NCBI RefSeq assembly: GCF_036365525.1
Contig: NW_027141336.1
Coordinates: 1-64,000 of the forward strand
From: Heterodontus francisci
Lineage: Eukaryota
Direction of reading: 5' to 3'
Length of the DNA stretch: 64,000 nucleotides
Shown: positions 49,816-63,369 of the stretch, in pieces
Layout: every line of letters begins with the position of its first letter
Position numbering within the stretch: position 1 is the first letter of the stretch
Position numbers and translations under genes: made by a program
Notes under the pieces: model-generated
What the model saw: only the letters and a program-made list of their open reading frames with translations
Database searches by the model: none
What the model was told of the DNA's origin: nothing

Positions 49816-49937
49816 ATCACTAGCACATGGCACCAGGAGTAATCTTGAAACTACTACCTTTTAAGTCCTAGTTTTTGATCTCTTTCCTAGCTCTCTGATA
49901 TCTGCTTTCAGGACCTCATCCCTCTTTCTACCTATGT

Positions 49938-50270
49938 TTAGAGATACAGCACTGAAACAGGCCCTTCGGCCCACCGAGTCTGTGCCGACGATCAACCACC
50001 CATTTATATTAATCCTACACTAATCCCATATTCCTACCACATCCCCACCTGTTCCTATATTTCCCTACCACCTACCTCTACTAGGGGCAATTTATAATGG
50101 CCAATTCACCTATCAACCTGCAAGTCTTTTGGCTGTGGGAGGAAACCGGAGCACCCGGAGGAAACCCACGCAGACACAGGGAGAACTTGCAAACTCCACA
50201 CAGGCAGTACCCAGAATTGAACCCGGGTCGCTGGAGCTGTGAGGCTGCGGTGCTAACCACTGCGCCACTG
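49938..50270 (-). mobile_element. HE1-type SINE
   Basis: Reverse complement of the 5689 copy. Confidence 0.88.
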
Positions 50271-50864
50271 TGTATTGGTACTGATGTGGACCATGACATC
50301 GGGCTGTTCACCCTCCCCCATTGGAATGTCCTGCAGCCGCACAGTGACCTCTTTGACCCTGACACCAGGGAGGAAACATACCATTCTGGATTCACATCTA
50401 TGGCCACAGAAACGCCAGTCCGTTCCCTTAACTATTGAATTTCCTAGCACCATTGCTCTTTCACTCTTCTTCCTCCCCTCCTGTGCAGCTGAGCTACTTG
50501 TGGTGCCACGGATTTGGCTCTGGCTGCACTTTTCTGAAGAAATATCGCCCTCATCAGCATCCAAAATGGAAAACCGGTTAGTGAGCAAGATGGACCCAGG
50601 GAACTCCTGCATTACCTGCCTGGTCCTCCGAGACTGTCTGGTGGTCACCCAATCCCTCTCTGCCTGCACTGTCTTAACCTGTAGTGTGACCACCTCTCTA
50701 AACATGTTTTCCACATAGTTCTCAGCCTCATAAACATGCCACAGTGACGCCAACCGTCGCTCAAGTTCTGAAACCCGGAGCTCAAGTTTCTTCAGCTGGT
50801 GATACATTCTGCACACATGGTCATCTTCCATGGGAAGCATCCGTGACTCACAATTTCCCACATG

Positions 50865-53800
50865 TCACAGATTGTACATTCCACATGGCTGAGCTGCCTT
50901 TCATTCTTCTAAACTCCAGAGAATATAGGCTCAATTTACTCAGCCTCTCATCAATGGACAACCCCCTCATCCCAGGGACCAATCCAGTAAATCTTCGCTG
51001 GACTGCCTTCAGTGCAAGTATATCCTTCCTTAAATGTGGAGCCCAAAACTGCACACAGTATTCCAGGTGCGGTCTCACCAAAGCCCTGTAAAATTTTAAT
51101 AAGGCTTCTTTATTCCTGTACTCCAAACCCCTTGCAATTAAGGCCAATATGCCATTTGCCTTCCTAATAGTCTGCTGCACCTGCATGTCAACTTTGTGTG
51201 TTCCTTGTACGAGTACCCACAAGTCTCTCTGAACAGTAACACTTATTAGTTTTACGCCTTTTAAAAAATATTCTGCTTTTCTATTTTTACGACCAAAGTG
51301 AAGAACTTCAGACTTCCCTACATTATACTCCATTTGCTATCTTGTTGCCCACTCACTTAATCTTTCTATATCTCTCTTCTGCCTCTCTAAATCCTCCTTG
51401 TAGCTTACCTTTCCACCGAGCTTTGTATCATCAGCAAACTTAGATGCATTCCAAGAGTGTAAACAGCAGAGGCCTTCCAGCACTGATCCTTCCAGCACTC
51501 CACTATTAACTGGCTGTCAACTTGAAAATGCCCCATTTATGCCCATTCTCTGCTTCCTGTCTGTTAATCGACCCTCTATCCACTCTGATATATTATCCCC
51601 AACTCCATGAGCCATTCTCTTGCCTATTAATCTTCTTTGTGGCACCTTATCAAATGCCTTTGGAAAATCTAGGTATACTACATTTACTGGTTCCCCTTTA
51701 TCTATCCTACTAGTTCCATTCTCAAAAAACTTGAATAAATTTGTCAAACAGGAACTCCCTTTAGTAATAGTGATAGTGATCACAATTCGGTTAGGTTTAC
51801 CTTAGCGATGGGCAGGGACAGGTATATACCGCAGGGCAAGAATTATAGCTGGGGGAAAGGAAATTATGATGCGATTAGGCAAGATTTAGGATGCATAGGA
51901 TGGGGAAGGAAACTGCAGGGGATGGGAACAATCGAAATGTGGAGCTTATTCAAGGAGCAGCTACTGCGTGTCCTTGATAAGTATGTACCTGTCAGGCAGG
52001 GAGGAATTTGTCGAGCGAGGGAGCCGTGGTTTACTAAAGAAGTTGAAGCGCTTGTCAAGAGGAAGAAGAAGGCTTATGTTAAGATGAGACGTGAAGGCTC
52101 AGTTAGGGCACTTGAGAGTTACAAGCTAGCCAGGAAGGATCTAAAGGGAGAGCTAAGAAGAGCAAGGAGAGGACACGAGAAGTCATTGGCGGATAGGATC
52201 AAGGAAAACCCTAAGGCTTTCTATAGGTATATCAGGAATAAAAGAATGACTAGAGTTAGATTAGGGCCAATCAAGGATAGTAGTGGGAAGTTGTGTGTGG
52301 AATCAGAGCAGATAGGGGAAGCGTTAAATGAATATTTTTCGTCAGTATTTACAGTAGAGAAAGAAAATGTTGTCGAGGAGAATACTGAGATTCAGACTAC
52401 TAGGCTAGATGGGATTGAGGTTCACAAGGAGGAGGTGTTAGCAATTTTGGAAAGTGTGAAAATAGATAAGTCCCCCGGGCTGGATGGGATTTATCCTAGG
52501 ATTCTCTGGGAAGCCAGGGAGGAGATTGCAGAGCCTTTGTCCTTGATCTTTATGTCGTCATTGTCGACAGGAATAGTGCCGGAAGACTGGAGGATAGCAA
52601 ATGTTGTCCCCTTGTTCAAGAAGGGGAGTAGAGACAGCCCTGGTAATTATAGACCTGTGGGCCTTACTTCGGTTGTGGGTAAAATGTTGGAAAAGGTTAT
52701 AAGAGACAGGATTTATAATCATCTTGAAAAGAACAAGTTCATTAGCGATAGTCAGCACGGTTTTGTGAAGGGTAGGTCGTGCCTCACAAACCTTATTGAG
52801 TTTTTCGAGAAGGTGACCAAACAGGTGGATGAGGGTAAAGCAGTGGATGTGGTGTATATGGATTTCAGTAAGGCGTTTGATAAGGTTCCCCACGGTAGGC
52901 TATTGCAGAAAATATGGAAGTATGGGGCTGAAGGTGATTTAGAGCTTTGGATCAGAAATTGGCTCGCTGAAAGAAGACAGAGGGTGGTGGTTGATGGCAA
53001 ATGTTCATCCTGGAGTTTAGTTACTAGTGGTGTACCGCAAGGATCTGTTTTGGGGCCACTGCTGTTTGTCATTTTTATAAATGACCTGGAAGAGGGTGCA
53101 GAAGGGTGGGTTAGTAAATTTGCGGATGACACGAAGGTCGGTGGAGTTGTGGATAGTGCCGAAGGATGTTGTAGGGTACAGAGGGACATAGATAGGCTGC
53201 AGAGCTGGGCTGAGAGATGGCAAATGGAGTTTAATGCGGAAAAGTGTGAGGTGATTCACTTTGGAAGGAGTAACAGGAATGCAGAGTACTGGGCTAATGG
53301 GAAGATTCTTGGTAGTGTAGATGAATAGAGAGATCTTGGTGCCCAGGTACATAAATCCCTGAAAGTTGCTACCCAGGTTAATAGGGCTGTTAAGAAGGCA
53401 TATGGTGTGTTAGCTTTTATTAGTAGGGGGATCGAGTTTCGGAGCCACGAGGTCATGCTGCAGCTGTACAAAACTCAGGTGAGACCGCACCTGGAGTATT
53501 ACGTGCAGTTCTGGTCACCGCATTATAGGAAGGATGTGGAAGCTTTGGAAAGGGTGCAGAGGAGATTTACTAGGATGTTGCCTGGTATGGAGGGAAGGTC
53601 TTACGAGGAAAGGCTGAGAGACTTGAGGTTGTTTTCGTTGGAGAGAAGGAGGAGGAGAGGTGACTTAATAGAGACATATAAGATAATCAGAGGGTTAGAT
53701 AGGGTGGATAGTGAGAGTCTTTTTCCTTGGATGGTGATGGCAAACACGAGGGGACATAGCTTTAAGTTGAGGGGTGATAGATATAGGACAGATGTTCGAG

Positions 53801-55230
53801 GTAGTTTCTTTACTCAGAGAGTAGTAAGGGCGTGGAACGCCCTGCCTGCAACAGTAGTAGACTCTCCAACTTTAAGGGCATTTAAGTGGTCATTGGATAG
53901 ACATATGGATGAAAATGGAATAGTGTAGGTCAGATGGTTTCACAGGTCGGTGCAACATCGAGGGCCGAAGGGCCTGTACTGCGCTGTAATGTTCTCAAAA
54001 AAAAACCATGCTGACGTGTTCAAATTATACTCTGCTTTTCTAAGTGTAATGTTAAGACTTCTTTAATAATAGTTTCCAGCATCTTCCCAATGACTGATGT
54101 TAGGTTAGCCCGTTTTCTCTCTACCTCCTTTCTTGAAAAGCAGCATAACATTTTCCAACTTCCAATCTGATGGGACCATTCCTGAATCTAAGGAATTCTG
54201 GAAAATCATTGCCATTGCATCTACTATCTCTGCAGCTATTTCTTTTCGAACCCGAGATGTAGGCCATCTGGCCCCAGTGACTTGTCAGATTTTCATCCTT
54301 CAAGTTTCTCCAATACTTTTTCTCGGCTGTATTTAATATCCTTAATTTCCTCACTCTATTTAGCCCCTAGGTTACTGCCTAGTTCTGATATGGAACTTGT
54401 GACTTCCGCTGTGAAGACAGACACAAAATATTTGTTCGATGTCTCTGCCATTTCTTCATTCTCCATGATGATTTCTCCTACCACTGCCTCTAAGGGACCA
54501 ATGTCTACTTTAGCTACTCTCTTCCTTTTTATTTACTTATAAACGCTATTACAATCTGTTTTTATATTGCTGGTTAGTTTACTCTCATTCTATTTTTTCC
54601 CTTTTTATCAACTTTTTGATGGCTGTTTGCTGGTTTCTAAAACATTCCCGATCCTCAGACTTGCTACAATTTTTTTGCAACATTGTAAGCCTTTTCTTTC
54701 AGTCTAATACTCTCCTTAGTGAGCCACAGATGGGTCTCTCTGGGCAAGTTTTTGTTTTTGAATAGAATGTACTTTTGTTGAACCCTTTTGTAATGTTTCT
54801 TTTAATGTTTCTTACTGTTCGTTTACCACCATATCTTGCAGTCTATTTACCCAATTAACCATAGCCAATTCTCCCCTCATACCTTCGTAATTGGCTTTGT
54901 TTAAGTTTAAGATTCTTGTTTGTGATTGAAATGTGTCACTTTCAAACTTAACATGAAATTCAATGGTATTATGATCATTATTTCACAGTGGATCTTTTAC
55001 TATGACATTGCGTATTAACCCTGCTTCATTTCACAATATGAGATTTAAGATAGTTTTATCCCGAGTCGGTTCTGCAATGTATTGCTCCAAGAAACTGTCA
55101 CAAAAGCATTCTCCAAATTCATCTTCTAGACCACTGTTGCCAGTTTGATTGTCCCAGTCTATATGCAGATTAAAGTCCCCCACAATTAATATATTACCGT
55201 TTTTATATGCTCCAATAATTTCCCGTAGAA
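50865..55230 (-). mobile_element. Older CR1 ORF2 fragment split by a young CR1 insertion
   Basis: RT motifs at 50865-51765 continue at 54006-55230. Confidence 0.75.
51766..54005 (+). mobile_element. Young CR1 (HER1-like) LINE, 5'-truncated, ORF2 with one premature stop
   Basis: ORFs 51808..53328 and 53407..53928 are in the same frame, separated by a single TAG; complete RT motifs; 3' tail shared with the HE1 SINEs. Confidence 0.95.
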
Positions 55231-55539
55231 GGGAGAATTACTCTCAGAATTAATTATAAGGTAGCTACTTAATTTGTTTAATGTTTTCCTAATTTCCAGC
55301 TATTAACACATGCACACTAACAGTAGTGTAGTAACCCAGCTAATTACAGATGCTCTGTAACAGCAGTTACTCGCTAACCAATCACCTTACAGCTTTCCTG
55401 TCATGCCACTGTTTGATTCCTTTTTCAAACTCAGTCAGCGACACGCCAACTCTGAAGCTCCTGTCCCAATGTCAAGTGTTCCTCGCAGGTTCAGTTCCTC
55501 TCCGCTCCCTGAACATACCCTCTCTCTAATGCTCACTGC

Positions 55540-56300
55540 TTCTCCAATTACAGATTCACTCTCTCAAGTGCTCACAACTCCTCTAATCACAGATTTCCTC
55601 TCTCCCTCGCTACTCATCCAATAACAGATTCCCTCCCACCCACACTTGCTGCTCCTCCAATCACAGATTCCCTCTCCCCATGCTCGCTGATCCTCCAATC
55701 ACAGATTCCCTTGCGTCTGCGCTCGCTGCACTTCGAATCACAGATGCCCTCTCTTCTGTGTTCACTGCTCTTCCAATCATAGATTCCATCTCGCCTGTGC
55801 TGGTTGCTCTTCCAATCATAGATTCCATCTCTCCTGTGCTAGTTGCTCTTTCAATCACAGATTCCATCTCTCCTGTGCTCGATTCTCCTCCAATCACAGA
55901 TTCCATCTCTCCTGTGCTGGTTGTTCTTTAAATCACATATTCCATCTCTCCTGTGCTCTATTCTCCTCCAATCACAGATTCCATCTCTCCTGTGCTCGAT
56001 TCTCCTCCAATCACAGATTCCATCTCTCCTGTGCTCGATTCTCCTCCAATCACAGATTCCATCTCTCCTGTGCTCGATTCTCCTCCAATCACAGATTCCA
56101 TCTCTCCTCTGCTCGATTCTCCTCCAATCACAGATTCCATCTCTCCTGTGCTAGTTGCTCTTTCAATCACAGATTCCATCTCTCCTGTGCTGGTTGCTCT
56201 TTCAATCACAGATTCCCTCTCGCCTGTGCTCGATTCTCCTCAAATTACAGATTCCATCTCTGCAACAATCACTGCTCCTCCAATCACAGATTCCCTCTCT
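55540..56300 (+). repeat. 39-bp minisatellite (tcctccaatcacagattccatctctcctgtgctcgattc)
   Basis: About 19 tandem copies. Confidence 0.93.
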
Positions 56301-56301
56301 C

Positions 56302-56815
56302 TTGCAAGCATCCTTAAAGCGGACTTTGGACACCCCACTGGTCGTTTGGTCCTGGCTGCCTCACCGTACGGAAGGTCCTTGGGTATGTGCCCATCTTCGA
56401 TTTTGCAGACATGTCCGATGCACTGGAGCTGCCTCTGTTTGGTTAGTGACAACATACTTGGGAGCTCTGCCTTTCAGAGGACCGTCACATTTGTGATTTT
56501 ATCCTTCCAAGATACTCCCATAAAGTGCTGCAGACAGTGAAGATGGAAATGATTGAGTTTCCTTTCCTGGTAGCTGTAAGTCACCTATGTTCCACAGCCG
56601 TACAGCAAGGTGATGAGAATACAGACCTTAAAAAACATCAGTTTGGTCCTAAGAGTCAGTTTGGAGTTATCCCATGTGCCTTTCACAAGTTGGCAAAAGG
56701 TGGTATCTGCTTTCCCAACACATTTATCGAGCTCTGCATCAAGGGACAGATTGTCCCTCACCGTAGACCCAAGGGAGCAGAATACGCCAACCACTTCCAG
56801 TGGGGTGTTATTTCG
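56302..56815 (-). mobile_element. RTE-clade LINE fragment
   Basis: LGSTVRDNLSLDAELDK..GKA; GHVCKIEDGHIPKDL.YGE. Confidence 0.8.
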
Positions 56816-56819
56816 TGTG

Positions 56820-58632
56820 ACCAAAACATGGAAGGAGACACACGAAAAAGGAATATGAAAAGAAACTTGCAGGAATCTCAAAATCAACACAACATCTAAA
56901 AATTGAATTAGGAAAAAGAGGATGGTCAACTGCAATGTGGGTCCCTTGGAAACGGTGATGTTGTCAATCAAAATAAGGAAATAACAGACCTGCTGAACAA
57001 TTACTTTGCCTCAGTATTTACAGTAGAGGAAGAATTCAGCATTCCAGCCATCTCAAGGAAACTATTATTGAATCAGGGACAGACACTTAACAAAATTACG
57101 TGAGTAATGATGGAGAAATACATGGCACGAAAGAGGGATAAATCCCAGGACTAAATGGTTTCCATTCCATGCCTTTAAAATAAATAGGTCAAGACATTGC
57201 AGATGCCTGAAGTCTCATTTTCCATAGATCTCGTGATTTGGAATGATCCTTTAGAATTCAAAATTGCCCATGTCACTCCACTATTTAAACAATGTGACAG
57301 AGAAAAAAAAAAAAGGGTTATAGACCAGTTAGTCTATCATTTGTTATCCAAAAATACTGGAGTCCATAACTAAGGATAGGGGCGAATGAACACCTTGAAA
57401 ATTTTTAGCTGATCAGAAAGGGCCTGCAGGGATTTGTGAAGAACAGATTATGCCTAAGGAATCTGATGGAATGTTTTGAAGATATGACAAAAGTAGTTGA
57501 CAGGGGAATGTCTATGGGTGTTATTATTCTGGACTTCCAGAAGGCATTTAATGAAGTCGCTCATAAGAGACTATTAGCTAAAGTTGAAGTCATGGGATTG
57601 AAGACAAAGCATTGATGTCATTAGGAAATTGGCTGAATGGAAGGAGCCAGAGAGTAGGTATAACGGGCATGCACTCTAATTGGCAGGATTTGACCAGTGG
57701 GGTCCGGTAAGGATCTGTGTTGGGGCCTCACTATTTTAATTCATGACTTAGAAATTGGGATAGAAGACAACCTATCCAATTTTGAAAATGACATACAGAT
57801 AGGCAGCATTGTAAGCAGTATAGCTGGAAGCTGAAAATTTCAAAGAGATATTCATTGATTAGTTGAATGAACAAAAGTGTGAAAAATGGATTCCAATATA
57901 GGCAAATGTGAGATTATCCCACTTGGACCTAACAAAAGGATGAAAAAAGATAAACAGTGCATGTCCAGAGACACTTGGTGTCCAGGGACATATAGTGTTA
58001 GGACCAGGTCCAGAAAATAGTCAAAAGGTCTACCAGAATGCTAACTTTTATATTAAGAGGAATACAGTATGAGGAGGTAGATGTCATGCTTCAGTTATAC
58101 AAAGCATTGTTCAGACTGCATCTGGACTACTGTGACCAGTTCTGGGCAGCATACCTTGAGAAGGATATAGGAGGGAGTACAGTGTAGGTTTACCAGAATG
58201 ATACCTGTATGTTAAATGGCTAAATTACAAGGAGAGATTACAAAATCTAGGGTTGTATTCTTTGGAGTTTGGAAGAGTGAGCGGTGGTTAGATCACAGTT
58301 TCCAAGGCATTAACGCAACAGATAAGGGAGATTGGTTATAGTTGATGAGTCTAAGACTTGGCGTTATCATCAAAAATTAGAGCCAAATCTTTCAGGAATG
58401 AAATTAAGAAATAATTGTTCACACAAAGAGTGGTAGAAGTATGGAGCTCCCTTTCATAAACAGCAATTGATGTTGGATCAATTGTTAAACTGAAAACTGA
58501 GATTGATAGATTTTAGTTAGTCTAAGATATTAAAGGATATGAGGCAAAGACAGGTATGCAGAGTTAGATTGCAGATCAGCCATGATCTCATTGAACAAGC
58601 TCGAGGGAGTGAATGGCCTACTTCTGTTCCTT
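56820..58632 (+). mobile_element. Old degenerate CR1 LINE
   Basis: LDFQKAF.EV.H-like and GSVLGP-like motifs, and a CR1 3' tail. Confidence 0.75.
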
Positions 58633-59061
58633 GGAGACGGGTGATTTCGGATTAGCCACCATTAGGCACCTCTCCCGATTGTCCCTCGCTTTGAAAAGGA
58701 ACATTAGGAGAGGAATATAACAGCTCACCTGCTCTGCCATATCACCAGTATGACACAATCACCAAATGTAAATATTACAATCATTGAATGCAATGGGAAG
58801 TAAAATAAGACAGATATTGAAACAACTCATCGATCTGCAATCACTCATACTGCCATTCTGCCCCAAACATATTTTATCCCCATTGGAATCTGCCTGGTTT
58901 CAGTCAAGTGACACATTCCATCACTAAATTGGTTTTCTTACGCATTAATATGTAGAGAGAGACTGCCAGGAAGAGGGAGAACTACAGCGATAAAGTGCTA
59001 TATAATTATCTATGGATTTAGAGAATATATTGTGATCTATGTTGGCTGAGATTAGATGACA

Positions 59062-59975
59062 TTAAGTTTCAATTTTTTGAAGCCACGAACTTAGAGTCAA
59101 TGGATATTTAATAATATGCTTCAATTCCTCTCTAAATTTAGCCTGAGCTACTGCATAGATAAATGTGTTTGTGCATGAACTCAAACACTGAAGCATATAT
59201 CCAGTGTGCTCCATAATGGCAAATGGATCATTATAATCTGTGAGCATAAACTGAATGCCTGCAAATTGTGTACATACAGAATGTACAAAAGTTACCATCC
59301 ATAACAGTATAAAACAGCTAGAAATGGCCAGCAGTAATATGATCGATTTCCTTCGGTTCTCCATCTCTGGATCACTGTGATTCTCATTATTGTTATTTCT
59401 CCGGAATCCTCTTCTCAATCTATTGGCCCGCATAATGTACCTGATGGTTACAGCATTGAGTAACACAATCAGCACAAATGGTGCAAAGGGTGTTAATGTA
59501 ATGTCAAAGAAGAAGTATGCTACCCATATAGGCAAATTAGACAGGCTTGATTTTACATTGCAGAACCACGCAATGTTGTCAATAATTTCCAAGTGTTCGT
59601 TTTCAAAGTAAATTGGAATATTTTCTACAAAACTCAGTCCAAACACAGCCACTGTAACTATGGCTGCGGTTCTTTCAGTGCAATATCTTACTCTCAATCT
59701 CTGGCAACAAATGGCAATGAATCGATCAAAAGTGAAAGCAACAGTTAACCAGACAGAGCAATCAATGGCTGCAAAAACCAAGGCGATATTGAGACTGCAA
59801 ACGGGAGTGTAATCCAAGAACGAATATGAGAAATACATGTCATTAATCTCAGAAAATATTACATCGAATATTATCACGAATAGATCTGCCGCTGCCATGG
59901 CCACCAGGTAATGAGTGATACATTTAGAAAGTCCGCATCTCCCACGGGACAGAATCACAATCGCCACTAGATTAC
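59062..59975 (-). CDS. Class A orphan GPCR, GPR139/GPR142-like, exon 2
   Basis: Acceptor ttcttgtag|GT. Open frame NLVAIVILSRGRCGLSKCITHYLVAMAAADL...FTFDRFIAICC...DPEMENRRKSIILL...SSCTNTFIY..., covering the end of TM1 through TM7. Confidence 0.93.
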
Positions 59976-60322
59976 CTACAAGAAAAAGAGAATACAAGGG
60001 AAACTATTAATTGCATTCAATTCACAGGGGCAGTCAGTTTAAGAATATGTTATACGGAAATTAACTAAATCTTTTGTGCATTTACTCAACTCAGTTTCCT
60101 TTTGCTTTGGGTGAAATTTGTCCCAGGCGGTGGCGCCAAACTGACTCTGGAACCGGTTTCATAACGCGACCAGTTTATGTGGACCTTAAAAATAATTAAC
60201 TGCAACAGAATGGAGAGACATTTCTCAGGTAACCCGGTGCACACATACAATGCGGTGATCATTCTCACTAGTGCACCTTCCATACAATTAATGAGAACAC
60301 ACAAGTAAAGTGAGATGACCAA

Positions 60323-60579
60323 GGGGCAGTTCTTGACTTTGTGCAATAGTCTAAACGGATGATAGCGTGTCGGCAATCTATTGTACAGTTCTCCCCATTT
60401 TCATTTCCATTGACTTCATTGGAAATAAAATTCGAGAGAGATGTAAAACTGGGAAATAGTGTAAAATGGACGGTATTGGATCAGCTCCCCATTATCATTC
60501 TCTAACCGGTTTTTTATTTCCATTGAACGGAGCAGAAATAAACATCAGGCGTCCCATCAGCCAAAGTGAAAATTGCCCC
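60323..60579. mobile_element. Small MITE-like element in the GPCR intron
   Basis: Imperfect TIRs ggggcagttcttgactttg / caaagtgaaaattgcccc; internal palindrome tttccattgacttcattggaaa. Confidence 0.5.
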
Positions 60580-62103
60580 AAATGAATCAGTAAATCCACC
60601 AATCACATAATTAACAGACCAGTCAATCACTGAATCATCCAAACAATATTCATAACCTTGTCAAATACTAATACAGATGCTTGGGTATGTCTTGCATGTG
60701 TTTTAAACGGCTATCTGAATATCCCACAGTTAGGCAGAATTTTATAAACTCGGTAAAATCTTGGCCATTAAGTCTTTTGGACTAAACACTTGACTCGCGC
60801 CTAGAGATGGACTGCATCCAATTTATACCAGGGACGATTCATTTTATTCACTGCCCAATTTATCTCGATGCTGAACCATCTTAAATGCTCAGTCCACAGT
60901 TTGTTAACATTCGCTCTTTTCCTGTAATGTCTTGTACTGGGGCTGATCCGCCACTCATTCCGGTGCTCAATGTGGGACGATGATTTTTTTTTAAATTGTA
61001 CAGCTCCGGCCGGCCGGCCGACCTTTTCGGTTGCCTTTATTTATAAGGTGCATATTTGTACAGAAACAATAAAGAATATCCGAGAACAGCAATACAAATA
61101 GTCAACCTGCACATTATATTAGACTATTGCAAACAGCAAGACTTGACCCAGGTTTTAGAGTTTTCCTGGATAATTGAATTAGCTATTTGAGAAATGTAAC
61201 AGGAGCGTATCTCCCCTTAAGGAATCCCATTTCATTTCCCTGTTTTGTTAGATAAACCAACTTGAAGTGCAACCTGATCAAAGACAGAAACCATCCTGAT
61301 ATATCAGGCTTCCCACCAGGCAGTCTTCACCTTGCTGGGACACAAGGATGAAAGACAATTTGTTAAGTTATTATTGAGTGCGCTTTCCTGCCAGTCTGAT
61401 TCCTTGAGTTGGACCAGCTGTTGCAGAATGAGGGTTTTCCCACAAGTGTGGTTTGAGAGCACACTTTCCTATCCCAACTCATTGGATGAAAGAACCATCT
61501 CCAACAACATTCCTAAATGCTAAAATTGCACGAAAAATATATTATTTTACAAAAGCTACAATTACAAACAAACTCGAAAATTTACATTGAAGGGAAATGT
61601 GGCAACGGAAAATCATTCTGTTCACGACTTTGGAAAATAAATCCCGAAAATGTACTAGATGTGTAATGTATTAGATAGTATATCAAAGTCTGTATTGGGA
61701 ACAGAGATATTGTAAGAATCTTGGGCATTTTATTCGGCATGAACGACATTATATAAATGTAAACTATTTTCATTGTTATAACATAATTGAACACAGAATA
61801 ATTAAATTATAATACCCAATAACGATTCGAACAACCAAATTGCAGGACGACCATTGACTCCTATGTAACAGAGGTTTATTCAATGCAGCATATTCATGAA
61901 AACTGAATGGCACCAGTTTAATATTCTGTAAACTGTTGTTTACATATAAATCAGGCCCACTGAGCTAACTGTATTAAAGCCATTTTTTTCCTAATCCACT
62001 GACAATAGTTAAAACTGTACATCTGGACAGATGACAATACTAGACTGACAGCAAGCACACTCTCATTCTGTAAAACAAGGAATAACTGATTATGGTAACT
62101 TAC

Positions 62104-62173
62104 AAGGAACACCAACCAGGGCAAGAAGCGGATAGTAAATTTCTTCTATCTGTGGAATTATAAATAGTCCCAT
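62104..62173 (-). CDS. GPR139/GPR142-like GPCR, coding exon 1
   Basis: ATG at 62173; encodes MGLFIIPQIEEIYYPLLALVGVP + T|gtaagt. Joins exon 2 in phase 1 to give VGVPCNLVAI and completes TM1; about 327 aa in total. Confidence 0.88.
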
Positions 62174-63369
62174 TTTCTTAAAAACGAAGCAACCTCTTGG
62201 TGTGATTGACACACTAATGAGATGTATTGAACTGAGCCCGATTTATACTTTTGAGAAATGTCAAGTGAGGCAATTAGGTCAGGCAATAACTGACATTAGT
62301 TACAGCCACTTGAACAAATAGGTTAAGCAGCAGTTTGTACTCCAATGCTCAGCGGGAATAGAAAATTGTTATTTACATTTCGCAGTGGTAATGAGGAACA
62401 CCAAGGAGAGAATATTAATTTAATTAGTTTTGAAATTTTCAACCTTTTTAAAGTTGTAGTTACTGAATCATTGATCATGCCAATTCAAACAAATATATTC
62501 ATTAATATGCTTTCAGACTGGAAAATACACATATGTTGTATTTGACATTATAAATGTTTGTTTGTGAAGAAGATTAGCACTGTCAATTTTTGCAGATGTA
62601 TAGGAACTGAATATTCACTGAGCAAGTGGTACACACTTGGCTTATGTCATCCCAGATGACAGAATTGGGCTGCAAATTTATGATTGTGCCCAATTGGAGC
62701 AGGACCTCCATCTGTCTTAAATAGCTTGCGGGAAGCTCAAGGAGATACGAGGGAGGGAGGCAGTTCTCACGATGGCAATCACATTTTGCACCAGAGCCCC
62801 CTATCACTCAGGCACCTGAACACTGAGTGAGCCTGGTAAACAGATCTGCTCAGCAGTGCAATTTAGATCCAGTTGGAGAAACAAACCTGTGTGCTGGACC
62901 TCCAGTGGGACTATTAACACCAACGCTATTACTATCGACTTATTAAAACTCCTTAAATAAACAGGTCCAGCATTCAAGATGCGACTATTGTGAGGATGGC
63001 TACAATTGGTGGTATTCAAAAGAGATAGCAGCAACATCCATTAGATACTAAATAAAATGACCTGAGAGACAATTTCCTCAAATTCAATCAAGGGGATTTG
63101 CCAATAAAATCAGGATATACTTTTTCACACAAAAGATAGCGGAACTCTCAGTCAAAAGGCTGTGGATGCTGGGCCTCAACTGACATTTTTAAAGACTAAG
63201 ACCAATGGATTCTTGCTTAATATGGGTATCAAGAGAAATGGAGTAAAGTTCGTGAATGATATTATAATATAGTAGAGGTGATGTACTGATCAACCATTAT
63301 CCAACTGAATGGCAGAACAGAGTAAAGGAGATGAATGACCGACTTTTGTCCCAATACCTTAATCCAATA

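Larger units (their letters stand above)
48230..50860 (-). mobile_element. Old CR1 5' portion including ORF1 (coiled-coil/esterase-like) and endonuclease remnants
   Basis: ORF 50253..50861 reads LELRVSELERRL...VLGNSIVKGTD...MVCFLPGVRVKEV; TETWL motif in 48919..49236. Confidence 0.8.

Noticed and set aside
55661-56540. Mucin-like repeat ORFs (DSPPITDSISPVL)n
   Set aside because: 39-bp minisatellite open in multiple frames on both strands; no exon signals.
59976-59997. ORF-track start (MYSLFLV) for the GPCR
   Set aside because: This is the intron's polypyrimidine tract and acceptor; the upstream exon at 62104-62173 supplies the ATG and TM1.
61582-61794. Hydrophobic 70-aa ORF in the GPCR intron as a second receptor fragment
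   Set aside because: AT-rich sequence yields hydrophobic translations; no recognisable GPCR motif.
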